IMG/VR virus record: IMGVR_UViG_3300023047_000002
Strand: one strand, 5' to 3'
DNA from: a virus
Lineage: Duplodnaviria > Caudoviricetes
Length of the DNA: 64,000 bases
Part shown: one piece after another, positions 10,165 through 20,558 of the stretch
Layout: the number at the start of each line of letters is the position of its first letter
Position numbering within the stretch: the stretch's first letter is position 1
Position numbers and translations under genes: made by a program
Notes under the pieces: model-generated
Databases searched by the model: none
What the model was told of the DNA's origin: nothing
The model's input: the letters and a program-made list of their open reading frames with translations, nothing else

Positions 10165-11622
10165 CTAATAACCCTTGATTTCACCACGAACGAGGAGTTC
10201 AGGACGGAGCATCTTATAAGCCCACATACTGATGAAGCCTGATTCGACAGTGAACGTATTTCTAGTCAACCAGTCTGTATGCATGATCGGTAAGTAGTCT
10301 GCGAGCAGTGCACAACTGTTCTCTAATATACTCTTATGACCAACTAAGTACTCGTTTTCACGAATATAAGGTGAACAAATAATCTTGAGTGAGTTATCAA
10401 GAACACCTGCAACGTAAGGACCGTTAGGATTCTCAACATAGTTCGGTTCGAAACGAGGACGACCAATGTTCATAAGAACGTTGAGACCTTCAATACCGAC
10501 AACCGCCCAGTTACCACGGAATTTGTAGCTCTTCTGGTAAATCTTGTTGGCACATTTCTGAAGCTCACCGCAGAAGCTCTCATCGTGTTCACGCTGTGAA
10601 ATGTAATTCGTGTTGGTGCGATCCCACATTGTGCGGTTACCGGCCTGACGCAGAAGGTTGTCAATAACCTCATTGTCACGTTCCTGTTTCATTTCCATTG
10701 TGCAGTTGTCAATAAGGGTCTTCTGAAGGTCAATACCGAAGCTGTTCTGATACATGTAACCTGCATCGAACGAATACTCAACACGGAGTTTGTGAGGAAG
10801 AGCATGAATCGGTTCGTTTCTCATACGGAACACAGGGCGACCAGCCAAAGAAGGAGCAGAACCCAAATCCTGAGTGTAATCAACGAACACACTTGAGAGT
10901 TTGGAAAAAGCATCATTCTCGGATGCAAACATCACAAGACCGCTGTCCGGATTAACTTCGAGGGTACCGGCCTTGAGAAGGTCACTACCGATAGGATAAC
11001 CCTGAGCGTCCAAAGCACGAAGTTCCCATGTGCTCGTGCCTGTTTTGCGAAGTGCATAACGTTTGCTCGAATCACCTGCATCAGTGAAGATAATCTGATT
11101 GTCAGCATCAATGAGCATAGGCATATGTGCAACATGCAATTCGACTTTTCCGCCCACGATCGTAGCGGGTTCACCACAGATACGACCAGAAGCAAAACGG
11201 TTGCGACTTGTGTGATTGACGGAAACGCCAAGGTCGTTAATCATCACGTTGCCCTGGAGATTGTCACCACGGCTGTCACCATAGGTCATTTCCCAGAAAG
11301 TAATCTGACCCTGAGGACTGTCGATAGGCTGCACCCAAATAAGGTCTTCAATAATCGAGGAAGCACTCATCTTGGCAATCATGTTAATCATGTGTTCGGG
11401 GAACCAAGAAATTCCGGACGGCTGAGAAATACCGCTGCGGATGATTCCTTCGTTCACACGTTTCTGACCCTCTTCAAGAACGCGGGCGGCGTTGTTGAAT
11501 GTCAAAAGAAGGGTGTCTTCCTGTGCCGAGGTAAGTTTACCACGAACATCAGTGACTTTCTTAACGTAGGATTCATAATTGCGTTTGAGAATGTTACGAT
11601 CTTCTTTAGTCAAAACTGCCAT
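10165..11622 (-). CDS. gp23: Major capsid protein, T4 gp23-like
   Basis: VQPIDSPQGQITF, HKLRVEYS, GIDL...E...E.D.EVI, GNWAVV and late YLP motifs; strong RBS; follows the prohead protease. Confidence 0.92.
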   Translation of the reverse strand: MAVLTKEDRNILKRNYESYVKKVTDVRGKLTSAQEDTLLLTFNNAARVLEEGQKRVNEGIIRSGISQPSGISWFPEHMINMIAKMSASSIIEDLIWVQPIDSPQGQITFWEMTYGDSRGDNLQGNVMINDLGVSVNHTSRNRFASGRICGEPATIVGGKVELHVAHMPMLIDADNQIIFTDAGDSSKRYALRKTGTSTWELRALDAQGYPIGSDLLKAGTLEVNPDSGLVMFASENDAFSKLSSVFVDYTQDLGSAPSLAGRPVFRMRNEPIHALPHKLRVEYSFDAGYMYQNSFGIDLQKTLIDNCTMEMKQERDNEVIDNLLRQAGNRTMWDRTNTNYISQREHDESFCGELQKCANKIYQKSYKFRGNWAVVGIEGLNVLMNIGRPRFEPNYVENPNGPYVAGVLDNSLKIICSPYIRENEYLVGHKSILENSCALLADYLPIMHTDWLTRNTFTVESGFISMWAYKMLRPELLVRGEIKGY

Positions 11623-11635
11623 AAAAACTCTCCTT

Positions 11636-13165
11636 TCATTTCCCTTTACCGGTAAGGAACACCCCTCGGGCAGGGGCTATTTCGTGAACATCACGCTCAA
11701 AGTTAGATATACTGCGAACACGTCTTTCGTAAGACTTGCCGTTTCCTTTAGTTACTGCATTGTTATCAGCAAGCTCCGTAAGTCGGTCAGCGTCTATTCT
11801 GTATCGTTTCGATAGACGCTGTGTTGTTTCTTGAATGCAATCTTTACCTTCATCAGACATAAGGTCGCTTACGGGCACACGATGACTTTGTTTTTTATTG
11901 TTTACAGCTTCCGTCTTCATCTGTTTATGGTCAAAACGGGTACGTCGAATCTTGCCCGTCGATACCGATTCTACAGCTTCGTCAGTCTTCTTAACTGAAA
12001 CTTTCTGTAAAGAAGACTCACTTACACGTTTTACGATACACTGTGAACGCTTGTAAAGAGAATCAAGTTTACGTGCAAGAGACTCTGCTTTACATGCAAG
12101 CTCTGAATACCGTTCAAGGTAATGTGCCTGATAAATGTCTCTCTCAATACCGGAACGCAAACTTTCGTTACTACGCTTCAAGAACGCTTCATTTGCCTGT
12201 AAAGTTTCAACCTTTTCAGTGAGCGTCTCAATGGTTTCACGATAAGCATCAATATCCTGCTCCATACGGGCAATACGCATACCGTCCGTTTCCTTCTCAG
12301 ACGCGTGAGAGACAGACTCAAAGGCTTTACATGAACCAGAAGCATCCGTAGCTTTATCAGACGAAGACATAATAGCATCAATGCTGAGCTTTTTCGTGTT
12401 ATGGTTTGTTTCATCCTTGCGGTTCAGCGTAAGTGCGTTCACACCATTACTCTTACGGATAACAGAGTTTACTGCATCATCTGTACGTTTTTCAAGTTCC
12501 TGTGCCATATCACGCATACGGCTTTCAAAAGCAGGAATCTTTAATGCGGACAATGCCGCAACATTGCTTCTAAGCTCGCTTGTCGTCATAGACTCAAGCG
12601 ATTTGCTTTCCTGTACCTTTTCAAGGTGTGCGCACTTAAACCCAGGGTCTGGAACTGCATCGAACGTGATTAAGTCGTACTCAGTTTCCGACATCACTTC
12701 CGTATTGCCTTCCATTTTACTTTCTGCAAGAGCACGTGCTGAAATACCGATTTTGCTGCCGTAATCAATAAGCGTTTTAAGAATACGCCCTACCGGCGTG
12801 TCAAGAATAGCGAATCTTCCAAAAACGAGATGGTCGCTGTTCTCTGGGATCCAGATACGTTCCACAGACAAAGCAACCTCAGGGTATGCGATGTCAACAC
12901 GTGTCTCCGGATGTCCACCCTCGCCAAGCATACACTTATTCTTAATGGCCTCTTTGACCGGCGGATAATTGATTATCCTGTCCTCGATCAGCTTTCGGGA
13001 GTAGATGCGGTTGTTTTGGTTGACTTTTCCGAATTCCATGCAAGGCCCTTCCACGATGCATAAAGCATTGGAAGATTTGCCGGAACCCTTCTCGTCAACA
13101 CGCCGCATTTCACTCACGAGCGATTCCGTGACAAGACGTTTTGCTTGTGTTGTCTGTACTGGCAT
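11636..13165 (-). CDS. gp21: Prohead core protease (T4 gp21-like) with long C-terminal scaffold-like coiled-coil extension
   Basis: NQNNRIY, LGEGGHP (His), ILDTPVGRIL, IGISAR (Ser), FDAVPDPG (Asp); roughly 320 extra residues with many xES sites. Confidence 0.9.
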   Translation of the reverse strand: MPVQTTQAKRLVTESLVSEMRRVDEKGSGKSSNALCIVEGPCMEFGKVNQNNRIYSRKLIEDRIINYPPVKEAIKNKCMLGEGGHPETRVDIAYPEVALSVERIWIPENSDHLVFGRFAILDTPVGRILKTLIDYGSKIGISARALAESKMEGNTEVMSETEYDLITFDAVPDPGFKCAHLEKVQESKSLESMTTSELRSNVAALSALKIPAFESRMRDMAQELEKRTDDAVNSVIRKSNGVNALTLNRKDETNHNTKKLSIDAIMSSSDKATDASGSCKAFESVSHASEKETDGMRIARMEQDIDAYRETIETLTEKVETLQANEAFLKRSNESLRSGIERDIYQAHYLERYSELACKAESLARKLDSLYKRSQCIVKRVSESSLQKVSVKKTDEAVESVSTGKIRRTRFDHKQMKTEAVNNKKQSHRVPVSDLMSDEGKDCIQETTQRLSKRYRIDADRLTELADNNAVTKGNGKSYERRVRSISNFERDVHEIAPARGVFLTGKGK

Positions 13166-13269
13166 GGTTCGTCTCCATCTTACATGAACTACCGAAAAGC
13201 ATACAAAGGATTTCGGCTACTTTCTATTCGATAGTATACGCCATAAGGCATCATGTGGTTTGATACTGT

Positions 13270-14619
13270 TCATTTCACCACGGCATCTAACATTTTATTC
13301 AGAAGAGAGGCAACCACTTCTATATAATCCCTCTGCAAGAAGGTGAATGCATAATAGAACGACTTATTATTAACATCGTGGGTGAGATCCAAGAAATTCA
13401 CAGTACTCTGGAAATGAACCTTTCGTACCGACATCGTGACTTTACCTGTCTGATTGAAATCCTTTATTGGAGTGTAATGCGCATAGGACAAAACATTTGA
13501 CCAGCTGAATTCCAAATCAATCGGGTAGGCATAAGACAAGTCTCTGAAATAATGACTGACAGACACCTTGATGTTGCAGGACTTTGCATTAGTAGGATAA
13601 TTATTCTGCTTCAACTGTTCCTCAATCGCATCAGCAAGAGCGTTAGTGGCTCTTTCATGTTCTCTGGACAGGTAATGTTTCTTTGAGGCGTCACGAATCA
13701 GTTTGTCCAGTCTGTCATTAGACCCCTTGATGAACCATGTCTTGAAAGCATCCACGGACATTTTCTCCAATTTGGATACATTGTCGGCTTCTGCATTAAT
13801 CTCCATATAGGTCTTCAGGTATGACCAGAATTCGTCCTGATCATAGGCATCCAATGTTCGTATGACGTTTGGAAGTTTAGTAGAAAAGTCATCAGTTACG
13901 GCCTGTTTACGGAAGTTGGGTACGATATCGTACACCAGGTCATTTACCGCTCCCACCTGCCATGCATTGAACTCCGTATCTACCCATAGGCAGTACAGAA
14001 GGTACAAGGCTTTTGAGAACATCTCCTTGTCCTTGGTATCCTCCAACGGACGCATGTTCTTGGCCTGACCTCTACTCATGTCGTCCTGACGCATCGGCGA
14101 ATCCCCTTCCCAGTGAAGTTCATCAAAGGCATGAACCATCTCATGTTGGAGAGTCTTTAGGGCTTCTCTGTCCACATCATTACCACGGGTGCTGAAGTAG
14201 GCATCGAAATTCGATGTTCGGATTTTCACCACAACATTCTGTGCTGCACAGAACCCTCCTGAGGATATAAGGGTTTCCCATATCAAGAAGTGATTTCTGT
14301 GTTGAAGTGCTGACAGAACATTATCCCAATATTCCTTAATTTCAGCATCGCTGGCCTTTGTATTTTTGCTAGTGATATCGTAATCCGAGAGAAGTACGAA
14401 ACACACGGACACTCTGTTGTAGTTGTTTTTCTTCACACTGTCTGGAACATCATCCACGGATTCTAGGTAGTAAACCGAATCGGCAACCCAACATCCGTCA
14501 GAAGGGTGTTTGTCTTCACGATATAAATTTTCCAAGGCGGCTTTAGCAGAATAGTACAAGGCCTTCAACCCAGACAAGTCATACTGAATACCGAACTTTT
14601 CCGATACGAATCTCAACAT
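13270..14619 (-). CDS. Zincin-like metallopeptidase domain protein
   Basis: LQHEMVHAFD (HExxH) with downstream TEFNAW glutamate. Confidence 0.6.
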   Translation of the reverse strand: MLRFVSEKFGIQYDLSGLKALYYSAKAALENLYREDKHPSDGCWVADSVYYLESVDDVPDSVKKNNYNRVSVCFVLLSDYDITSKNTKASDAEIKEYWDNVLSALQHRNHFLIWETLISSGGFCAAQNVVVKIRTSNFDAYFSTRGNDVDREALKTLQHEMVHAFDELHWEGDSPMRQDDMSRGQAKNMRPLEDTKDKEMFSKALYLLYCLWVDTEFNAWQVGAVNDLVYDIVPNFRKQAVTDDFSTKLPNVIRTLDAYDQDEFWSYLKTYMEINAEADNVSKLEKMSVDAFKTWFIKGSNDRLDKLIRDASKKHYLSREHERATNALADAIEEQLKQNNYPTNAKSCNIKVSVSHYFRDLSYAYPIDLEFSWSNVLSYAHYTPIKDFNQTGKVTMSVRKVHFQSTVNFLDLTHDVNNKSFYYAFTFLQRDYIEVVASLLNKMLDAVVK

Positions 14620-14710
14620 AGAACATCTCTCCTACGACATTCCATACAAAACAAATACAACGGAATTAGATAATTTGAAAATTTCTGACGTGCATACAGA
14701 CCTAAAAACG

Positions 14711-14751
14711 TGGTGCTGATACGAGGAACAGATGCACACTCATGTTACAGT
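14711..14751 (+). promoter_or_regulatory. Promoter-like motif TGGTGCTG-N24-TGTTACAGT
   Basis: One of six copies with conserved spacing, upstream of 14785. Confidence 0.7.
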
Positions 14752-14784
14752 AGAGTCGCTTTCTTAACATACATGGAGGTGAGC

Positions 14785-15051
14785 ATGATAGACATAAAAG
14801 ACAAAATTGAATTTAACTTTCCATTCGCAACAAAAGTAAAAGGCAAAATGCACGATTACGAACCGATGACCGACAAGCAAGAAAGATACATCCGGGACAT
14901 CTGCAACTATATGGACATGGAGTTTCCTGAAGTAACCACAAAGGAAGAAGCATGTAAATGGCTTGAAGAAAATGTGCCAAGGTTCCACGCGGAGATTGCG
15001 TCAGATGAAGCACACATGCTGCACTTATACGAGAACTATGGCGACAGATAG
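14785..15051 (+). CDS. Small hypothetical protein, paralog of 17884-18153
   Basis: GGAGG RBS before 14785; 37/78 identities to the paralog (NFPF, MTxKQERYI, DEAHM, GDR). Confidence 0.8.
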   Translation: MIDIKDKIEFNFPFATKVKGKMHDYEPMTDKQERYIRDICNYMDMEFPEVTTKEEACKWLEENVPRFHAEIASDEAHMLHLYENYGDR

Positions 15052-15187
15052 TTGAACTAACCAACCTCCTAAAGTCGTGTTGGCTTCAAACTTCAACGAA
15101 CAAGATAATGAACACACGTATGCCTAGTTTCTGTTACATAAAGCATACGAAAAGCAAAACAGTACTAATATTTGAGAGAGTTGAATC

Positions 15188-17698
15188 ATGTCAGAACACA
15201 CAAAGAAGAACAGTCAAACACATACAGTGAAAGAATTTGCAGACACATTAAAGTCTTTCAAACCATTTTATCGCATGAAGACATGCACAATCGAACGAGA
15301 GGTAGAAGACATATACAACGAGGGAATATCCTTTTATTTCAAGGATGCAGACATTAAGCACCCTTACGAATGTGATGGAGTTATCTCAACCACATTCGGA
15401 CACGGAAATTTGCTAAAGATGATAATGGAATACAAGTATAACGAAGACATGAAGCAGAAGTCTGCTATTGCAAAAGTTCTTGTCCAAGTAGTGTTCTACC
15501 TCAAACGATTTGAGGATGCAGGAATGGAACTACCTAACGTAGTTATGGTAGGCGACATCAACGAATGCTTTGTCATGCACTCAAACGAACTTCTTAAATA
15601 CCTTGACTGGAATGTGAACTGGAAGACTGCACCGTCTGAAGCATATAAGAAATGCCCTGAAATGGTGCTTGATATCGTTGAAGACGAATCCATAAATCCC
15701 TACGTCTTCTGGATTGATGAGTCATTCGACTTTAAAGACGTTATCGCGAAAATTCACAACCTTTGTGAGAATGTGAAGCGTTATGTGCGTATCACAGAGC
15801 ATAATATTGCATCCATCTTTGAGTATTTCCGTGATCGTGTTCTGCTTAAAAAAGACGCTTTAAGTGCTAATGAACTGGTGACTGTATTTATCGGTCTGAT
15901 AACAAATGATGAAGCGTACTACCTCCATCCGAAAAAGAAAAACACCCTTATTACGCCTAACGGAAACATACCTGTCAACAGTGCTTCCTTTGTCTCATTC
16001 TTTGACCAGTATGCAAGGGAATACACGCCGCAAGAAAGAATGAACTTCACGGCGATTGCTGACCGTCTGATTGAGGATACAACTAGAAGAAGACAGGGTG
16101 CTTTCTTCACGCCAGTTCGGTTTACAGACTTTGCTCACCGCATGATTGAAAAAGAGTTGGGCGAGAATTGGCGTAATGAATACGTTGTTTACGATTGCTG
16201 TTGGGGAACAGGTGGACTGACAAGGGATTACCGCTTCAAAGAACTCTATTGCTCTACACTGGATAAAGGAGAGCTTGAATTGGGTTCGCGGTATAATCCA
16301 GAGGCAACCAAATGGCAAATGGACTTCTTGAATGACGGAGATGAGTGTTTTGACAAAGGTCTGATAAATGCTTTTGAACAAAACAAGCCTATTGTGTTCT
16401 TCATCAATCCGCCTTATGGAACTGCCTGTACTTATGATAATAAATCTAAAGGTGGAACGAATGATACATCGATTCGTGATAATATGACGGAAACTAAGTT
16501 TGGAGGTAGTGAAAATCTTCAACATCAGTTTATGTATCGCATAACAAAGCTAGTTCAGAAGTATAATCTTACGAATGCGTACTTTGCATTATTCTCTAAT
16601 CCAATCTGGCTATCAGGCGCAAAACAGGGTACGTTCTTGAAAAACTTTACATCACGTTGGGAATGTCTTGATGCTTATTTGTTTCAGGCGAGCCATTTTG
16701 CAGATGTTTCTGATGTTTGGGGTATTAGTCTTACTTTATGGAAATCAAATAGACAGGCAACACCAATTAAGGAATACAAACTAAAATTGATTGATATTCT
16801 TGACGATGGTTCTATTGATGTCATAGGAAGTCATGTTCTCTATAACTCAAGTTACTTTAATAAAGCTAATGATTGGGTTCGTGAACCTGTAAAAAGATTA
16901 AAAAGAACGGATTGTTTTCCACCTGTAACATCAGGATTGACCATTAAAGAGTGCAATATAAGGGCTAGTGGAATTGAAGGTCAGTTAGGGTATTGTTTGA
17001 ATAATGCAAATTCAATTCAAGACAATCAGCAGAAAGTGGCTATGTTTTCAACAACATACGGTAACGGTAACGGTCACGGTATATGTAAAGAGAACTTCAC
17101 CCGATGCACAGCACTGTTCACGGCTAGAAAACTCATTGAAAACACATGGATAAATCACGCAGACGAATATCTTGCACCGAACGAGAGTCATCCTGATTAC
17201 AAACGGTTTGAAGCAGACTCAATCGTGTATTCCCTGTTTGAGAATAAATCAAACCAAACGTCGATGCGTCAAATCACGTACAAAGGAAAGCTCTATGATA
17301 TTCCTAATGAGTTCTTCTGGATGTCTAAAGATACCATGATGGGTTTGGCTAATGAAAATCATGATGACTTCATGTTTAACGATGCACGGACAAGCAAAGA
17401 ACGGTATGTGTTTACGCTCTTGCAGAAGCCGGAGATAGCACAGCACTTATCCGAAACAGCAAAACGTCTTCTCGAACTAGCAACAGAGATGACGGTCAAA
17501 TCAATGAAGTATCGCACCCTGTTTGAATCAGACCATCCAGATTACCATATTCACACATGGGATGCAGGGTATTATCAGTTGAAGAACCTTTGGAAAGAAT
17601 ACCTGCCAGAAGACTTCAAGCGATTCCGCGATCTGTTCAAACAGTTCGGAAACGAATTGCGTCCATTGGTTTATGATTTAGGATTCTTACGTAAATAG
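15188..17698 (+). CDS. Type IIG-like fused restriction endonuclease / N6-adenine methyltransferase
   Basis: N-terminal CDG...MEYK...Q..FY nuclease pattern; GAFFTP (motif X), YDCCWGTG (motif I), FINPPY (motif IV); C-terminal TRD-like region. Confidence 0.8.
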   Translation: MSEHTKKNSQTHTVKEFADTLKSFKPFYRMKTCTIEREVEDIYNEGISFYFKDADIKHPYECDGVISTTFGHGNLLKMIMEYKYNEDMKQKSAIAKVLVQVVFYLKRFEDAGMELPNVVMVGDINECFVMHSNELLKYLDWNVNWKTAPSEAYKKCPEMVLDIVEDESINPYVFWIDESFDFKDVIAKIHNLCENVKRYVRITEHNIASIFEYFRDRVLLKKDALSANELVTVFIGLITNDEAYYLHPKKKNTLITPNGNIPVNSASFVSFFDQYAREYTPQERMNFTAIADRLIEDTTRRRQGAFFTPVRFTDFAHRMIEKELGENWRNEYVVYDCCWGTGGLTRDYRFKELYCSTLDKGELELGSRYNPEATKWQMDFLNDGDECFDKGLINAFEQNKPIVFFINPPYGTACTYDNKSKGGTNDTSIRDNMTETKFGGSENLQHQFMYRITKLVQKYNLTNAYFALFSNPIWLSGAKQGTFLKNFTSRWECLDAYLFQASHFADVSDVWGISLTLWKSNRQATPIKEYKLKLIDILDDGSIDVIGSHVLYNSSYFNKANDWVREPVKRLKRTDCFPPVTSGLTIKECNIRASGIEGQLGYCLNNANSIQDNQQKVAMFSTTYGNGNGHGICKENFTRCTALFTARKLIENTWINHADEYLAPNESHPDYKRFEADSIVYSLFENKSNQTSMRQITYKGKLYDIPNEFFWMSKDTMMGLANENHDDFMFNDARTSKERYVFTLLQKPEIAQHLSETAKRLLELATEMTVKSMKYRTLFESDHPDYHIHTWDAGYYQLKNLWKEYLPEDFKRFRDLFKQFGNELRPLVYDLGFLRK

Positions 17699-17799
17699 GA
17701 ACGAAAACAAACGAATCTGCATGAAACAGAAACCTCTGTGTGACCTACGGGATGTGCGAACCAGAACACCAAAGACTATGTGATTGAAGGCATTTATCG

Positions 17800-17840
17800 T
17801 GGTGCTGTTTTAGAACACTGATAAACGCTTGTGGTATGAA
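17800..17840 (+). promoter_or_regulatory. Promoter-like motif TGGTGCTG-N24-TGGTATGAA
   Basis: Same motif and spacing as 14711, upstream of the paralogous small ORF. Confidence 0.7.
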
Positions 17841-17883
17841 CGTATGAGGGATTAAACGCTTATTAAAGAAAGGATCTTGGGGT

Positions 17884-18153
17884 ATGAATGACGACAACAC
17901 AAAACATATTGCAGACAATTTCCCTTTCGTTACTGTATTTCGTAAACGAGTACCATGCTATGAAGCAATGACCATAAAGCAGGAACGCTACATCACGAAA
18001 ATATGCCATTACCTCGATATCGACATACCAAACATCGCAACAAAAGAGGATGCATGTGAATGGCTTAAAAAGTACATCCCAATTTACCAAAGACAGCTAA
18101 TCATAGACGAAGCACACATGATTTCATTTCACGAAGACGCGGGCGACCGGTAA
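17884..18153 (+). CDS. Small hypothetical protein, paralog of 14785-15051
   Basis: About 47% identity over 78 aligned residues. Confidence 0.8.
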   Translation: MNDDNTKHIADNFPFVTVFRKRVPCYEAMTIKQERYITKICHYLDIDIPNIATKEDACEWLKKYIPIYQRQLIIDEAHMISFHEDAGDR

Positions 18154-18185
18154 AAGGAAACGTATATAGACAGAAGGAACAAACA

Positions 18186-19289
18186 ATGAGTAACCAAATT
18201 CCATTCCGAATTAGAGGTATACGAGGGGTACAGTTAAACGACACTACGTACATTCTTGCGATGGACATAGCGGAACACTTTACACATCCTACAACGAAAT
18301 ACCCGGACGAATGGCAAAGCCTCAAATTGTCTAACGAGGTATGTCGTGAGTTCGGAATCGACTTTGACGATAAAACAGTACACGTCTATACGAAAGACAA
18401 GCTAAAACCATTTATTGACCGTCTATTTAACGAGTCTTACGCACGGTACAACGACAGCGAAAAACCACGTACTCCACAGGCCATAATGGAACTATTTGAC
18501 GTATATGCACTTTATGACGAACTGTTCCACCGTATCCCTGCTAAAAATTTGGAGTTCATCAAAGAAAACGCCGCTTCGGAATGGCTTGTTCGTTTGCTTC
18601 TGCTGTGTATTTCAGCACATCGAAATGACGCTGAGACGACAAGAAAAATCCTGAAATACGTCCATTCGCTTAACTGTGTTTCACCGCAAGAAGATGCGGA
18701 TATTCTTCGTGCAACGGAAGAGAACAAACAGCAACCGTTATGGGCTGCCATCACGAAAATGTTCTGTCAAACATGTGACTTGGTTTCACGAGAGCGTAAC
18801 GAGGTGTACAAAGTTCTTTCAGATTTCGATGCAACATATAGATCAACCATCGAGAAACACTTACCACAATGCGAAATCGGAGCAGGATGTGGACGTGCTT
18901 TGGTTGGGAATCTCGATATAATGGGAGATTACACGTATGAACTCTATGTGTGCATGTCGCAGGACAAGAAAGAAATTCCGCCACACGTCCACATCACACG
19001 ATACAACAAGCATACACGAAACGCAGATTATTGTTGGGACATTCGTGTATCGTTAATTGACGGCGGAATCTTTCCAAATGAAGAAAAGGGAAACAACGAA
19101 GTTGACTGTGCGGCTCTGCACAACTTCATGCATTCACTACGACCTTACGGATATCCAAACGACTTCACATACAAAACAGGGTATGCGCACTGTCTTGATT
19201 TACTTCGTGATGGGGCCGTAGCAAACGAACTTGGAAAGAAACCAATACCTAACTTCTTCCCGCAACATGTCGCAAATATCAACACGTAA
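18186..19289 (+). CDS. Hypothetical protein with C-terminal DUF4160-like (PPHVHI) domain
   Basis: AAGGA RBS; EIPPHVHI...IRVSL motif. Confidence 0.55.
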   Translation: MSNQIPFRIRGIRGVQLNDTTYILAMDIAEHFTHPTTKYPDEWQSLKLSNEVCREFGIDFDDKTVHVYTKDKLKPFIDRLFNESYARYNDSEKPRTPQAIMELFDVYALYDELFHRIPAKNLEFIKENAASEWLVRLLLLCISAHRNDAETTRKILKYVHSLNCVSPQEDADILRATEENKQQPLWAAITKMFCQTCDLVSRERNEVYKVLSDFDATYRSTIEKHLPQCEIGAGCGRALVGNLDIMGDYTYELYVCMSQDKKEIPPHVHITRYNKHTRNADYCWDIRVSLIDGGIFPNEEKGNNEVDCAALHNFMHSLRPYGYPNDFTYKTGYAHCLDLLRDGAVANELGKKPIPNFFPQHVANINT

Positions 19290-19330
19290 AAAGAAAGGCC
19301 GCATGATATTTCATGCGGCCTTTTCTCTTT
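19288..19330. terminator. Bidirectional intrinsic terminator between convergent genes
   Basis: aaaggccgcatga-tatt-tcatgcggccttt flanked by A and T runs. Confidence 0.85.
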
Positions 19331-19370
19331 GGTGGTATGCCTAGTTGATTACGTAATCAACTATTTTTGG

Positions 19371-20543
19371 CTAAAAACCGAGTGCCCCATTAATGTCGTG
19401 GAAATTCCATTTTCCGTTCCACATGTCGAATGTCCAGTCACGACTCGAAAGGGCACATCCTGTGTAGCTCTTGATTGGTTGTGCATGAGCACCTTTTTCC
19501 GAACCAGGCTTAGAAGGATCAGGAACAAACAGAGGCTCGCTTACACCTGGAACGAGTTTTCCGGATGAGCTTTTACCGATAGATGAAAGAACAACACGTC
19601 CTCCACGGAAACCCGTCACTTTAAAGTATGCTTTTCTTCCCCAACAATTACCGACAAACAAGTCACCGACTTTAAGACGCGACACGAACTGATCTTTCGA
19701 ACAATGCTCAGGATCAACCTCCGCATAACGCTGAGCGGCTTCATCGTCAGCAACATCAGCCATGCTTGCTTCGTTACGACGTACACGACGCATTCTACGT
19801 GACTCTTTTTTGCCTTTACCGAGCTGTGCATCAACAAGACCGATAATACCCTCACCCAGTTTGTCGAACTCAGGCTTATCAACGTCTACACTGACGATTT
19901 TCTTGTTTCCACTGTCGTCTTTAAGGGCTGCCTTGTCGTTTGAATAATCCAACTGAACGGTAACGCTTTCGTCTTCACCGTTTTTCGGGAACACTGTAAC
20001 GACAGCGGTTCCGTTATCTGTAACTGTGATTTCGACCTGACCGCCATCATAGTACTTTGTCAGCATTGCATCTACGGCTTTCATAGTGTCCGTGAAACCA
20101 CCTTCATAATCGGTACGTACAGACTCACGGCGTGTGCGACGTTTTACACTTCTTCCTTCATCGACATACTGAGGTTCGAGCCACTGAAGTCCTGGAACAA
20201 CCCGATCTGCGTCAGGCATTTCACCCATGTCGAACTTTTCACCGGGAAGGAAGCTGCCATCCTCCTGCTCAACCATAAGCTGCTGCGACATGAAACCGCC
20301 ATCCTTGTAAGTTTTGGCGTAAATAACGCAGGTCGTGCCTTCATCGACTTCTGTAACTTCCATATAGCCCATATCGTTAAGCCAGATATAGACATAGACA
20401 CCTTGTTCTGCCATTCCTTTTTCGAGTTCTTCTGCAAACGAATACCACAAGTTGTGTGTATCATCTGCAATGGATTCGTTTTTAAGAACACGTTTATTAC
20501 GTTCATTAATTCGTTTGAATCGGTCACGATTAAAAAGAGTCAT
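19371..20543 (-). CDS. Multi-domain hypothetical protein with three basic E-S/A linkers; candidate processed head protein
   Basis: RNKRVLKNES, KRRTRRES and KKESRRMRRVRRNEA separate mostly acidic domains. Confidence 0.7.
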   Translation of the reverse strand: MTLFNRDRFKRINERNKRVLKNESIADDTHNLWYSFAEELEKGMAEQGVYVYIWLNDMGYMEVTEVDEGTTCVIYAKTYKDGGFMSQQLMVEQEDGSFLPGEKFDMGEMPDADRVVPGLQWLEPQYVDEGRSVKRRTRRESVRTDYEGGFTDTMKAVDAMLTKYYDGGQVEITVTDNGTAVVTVFPKNGEDESVTVQLDYSNDKAALKDDSGNKKIVSVDVDKPEFDKLGEGIIGLVDAQLGKGKKESRRMRRVRRNEASMADVADDEAAQRYAEVDPEHCSKDQFVSRLKVGDLFVGNCWGRKAYFKVTGFRGGRVVLSSIGKSSSGKLVPGVSEPLFVPDPSKPGSEKGAHAQPIKSYTGCALSSRDWTFDMWNGKWNFHDINGALGF

Positions 20544-20558
20544 AGGAAACCTCCTTAA

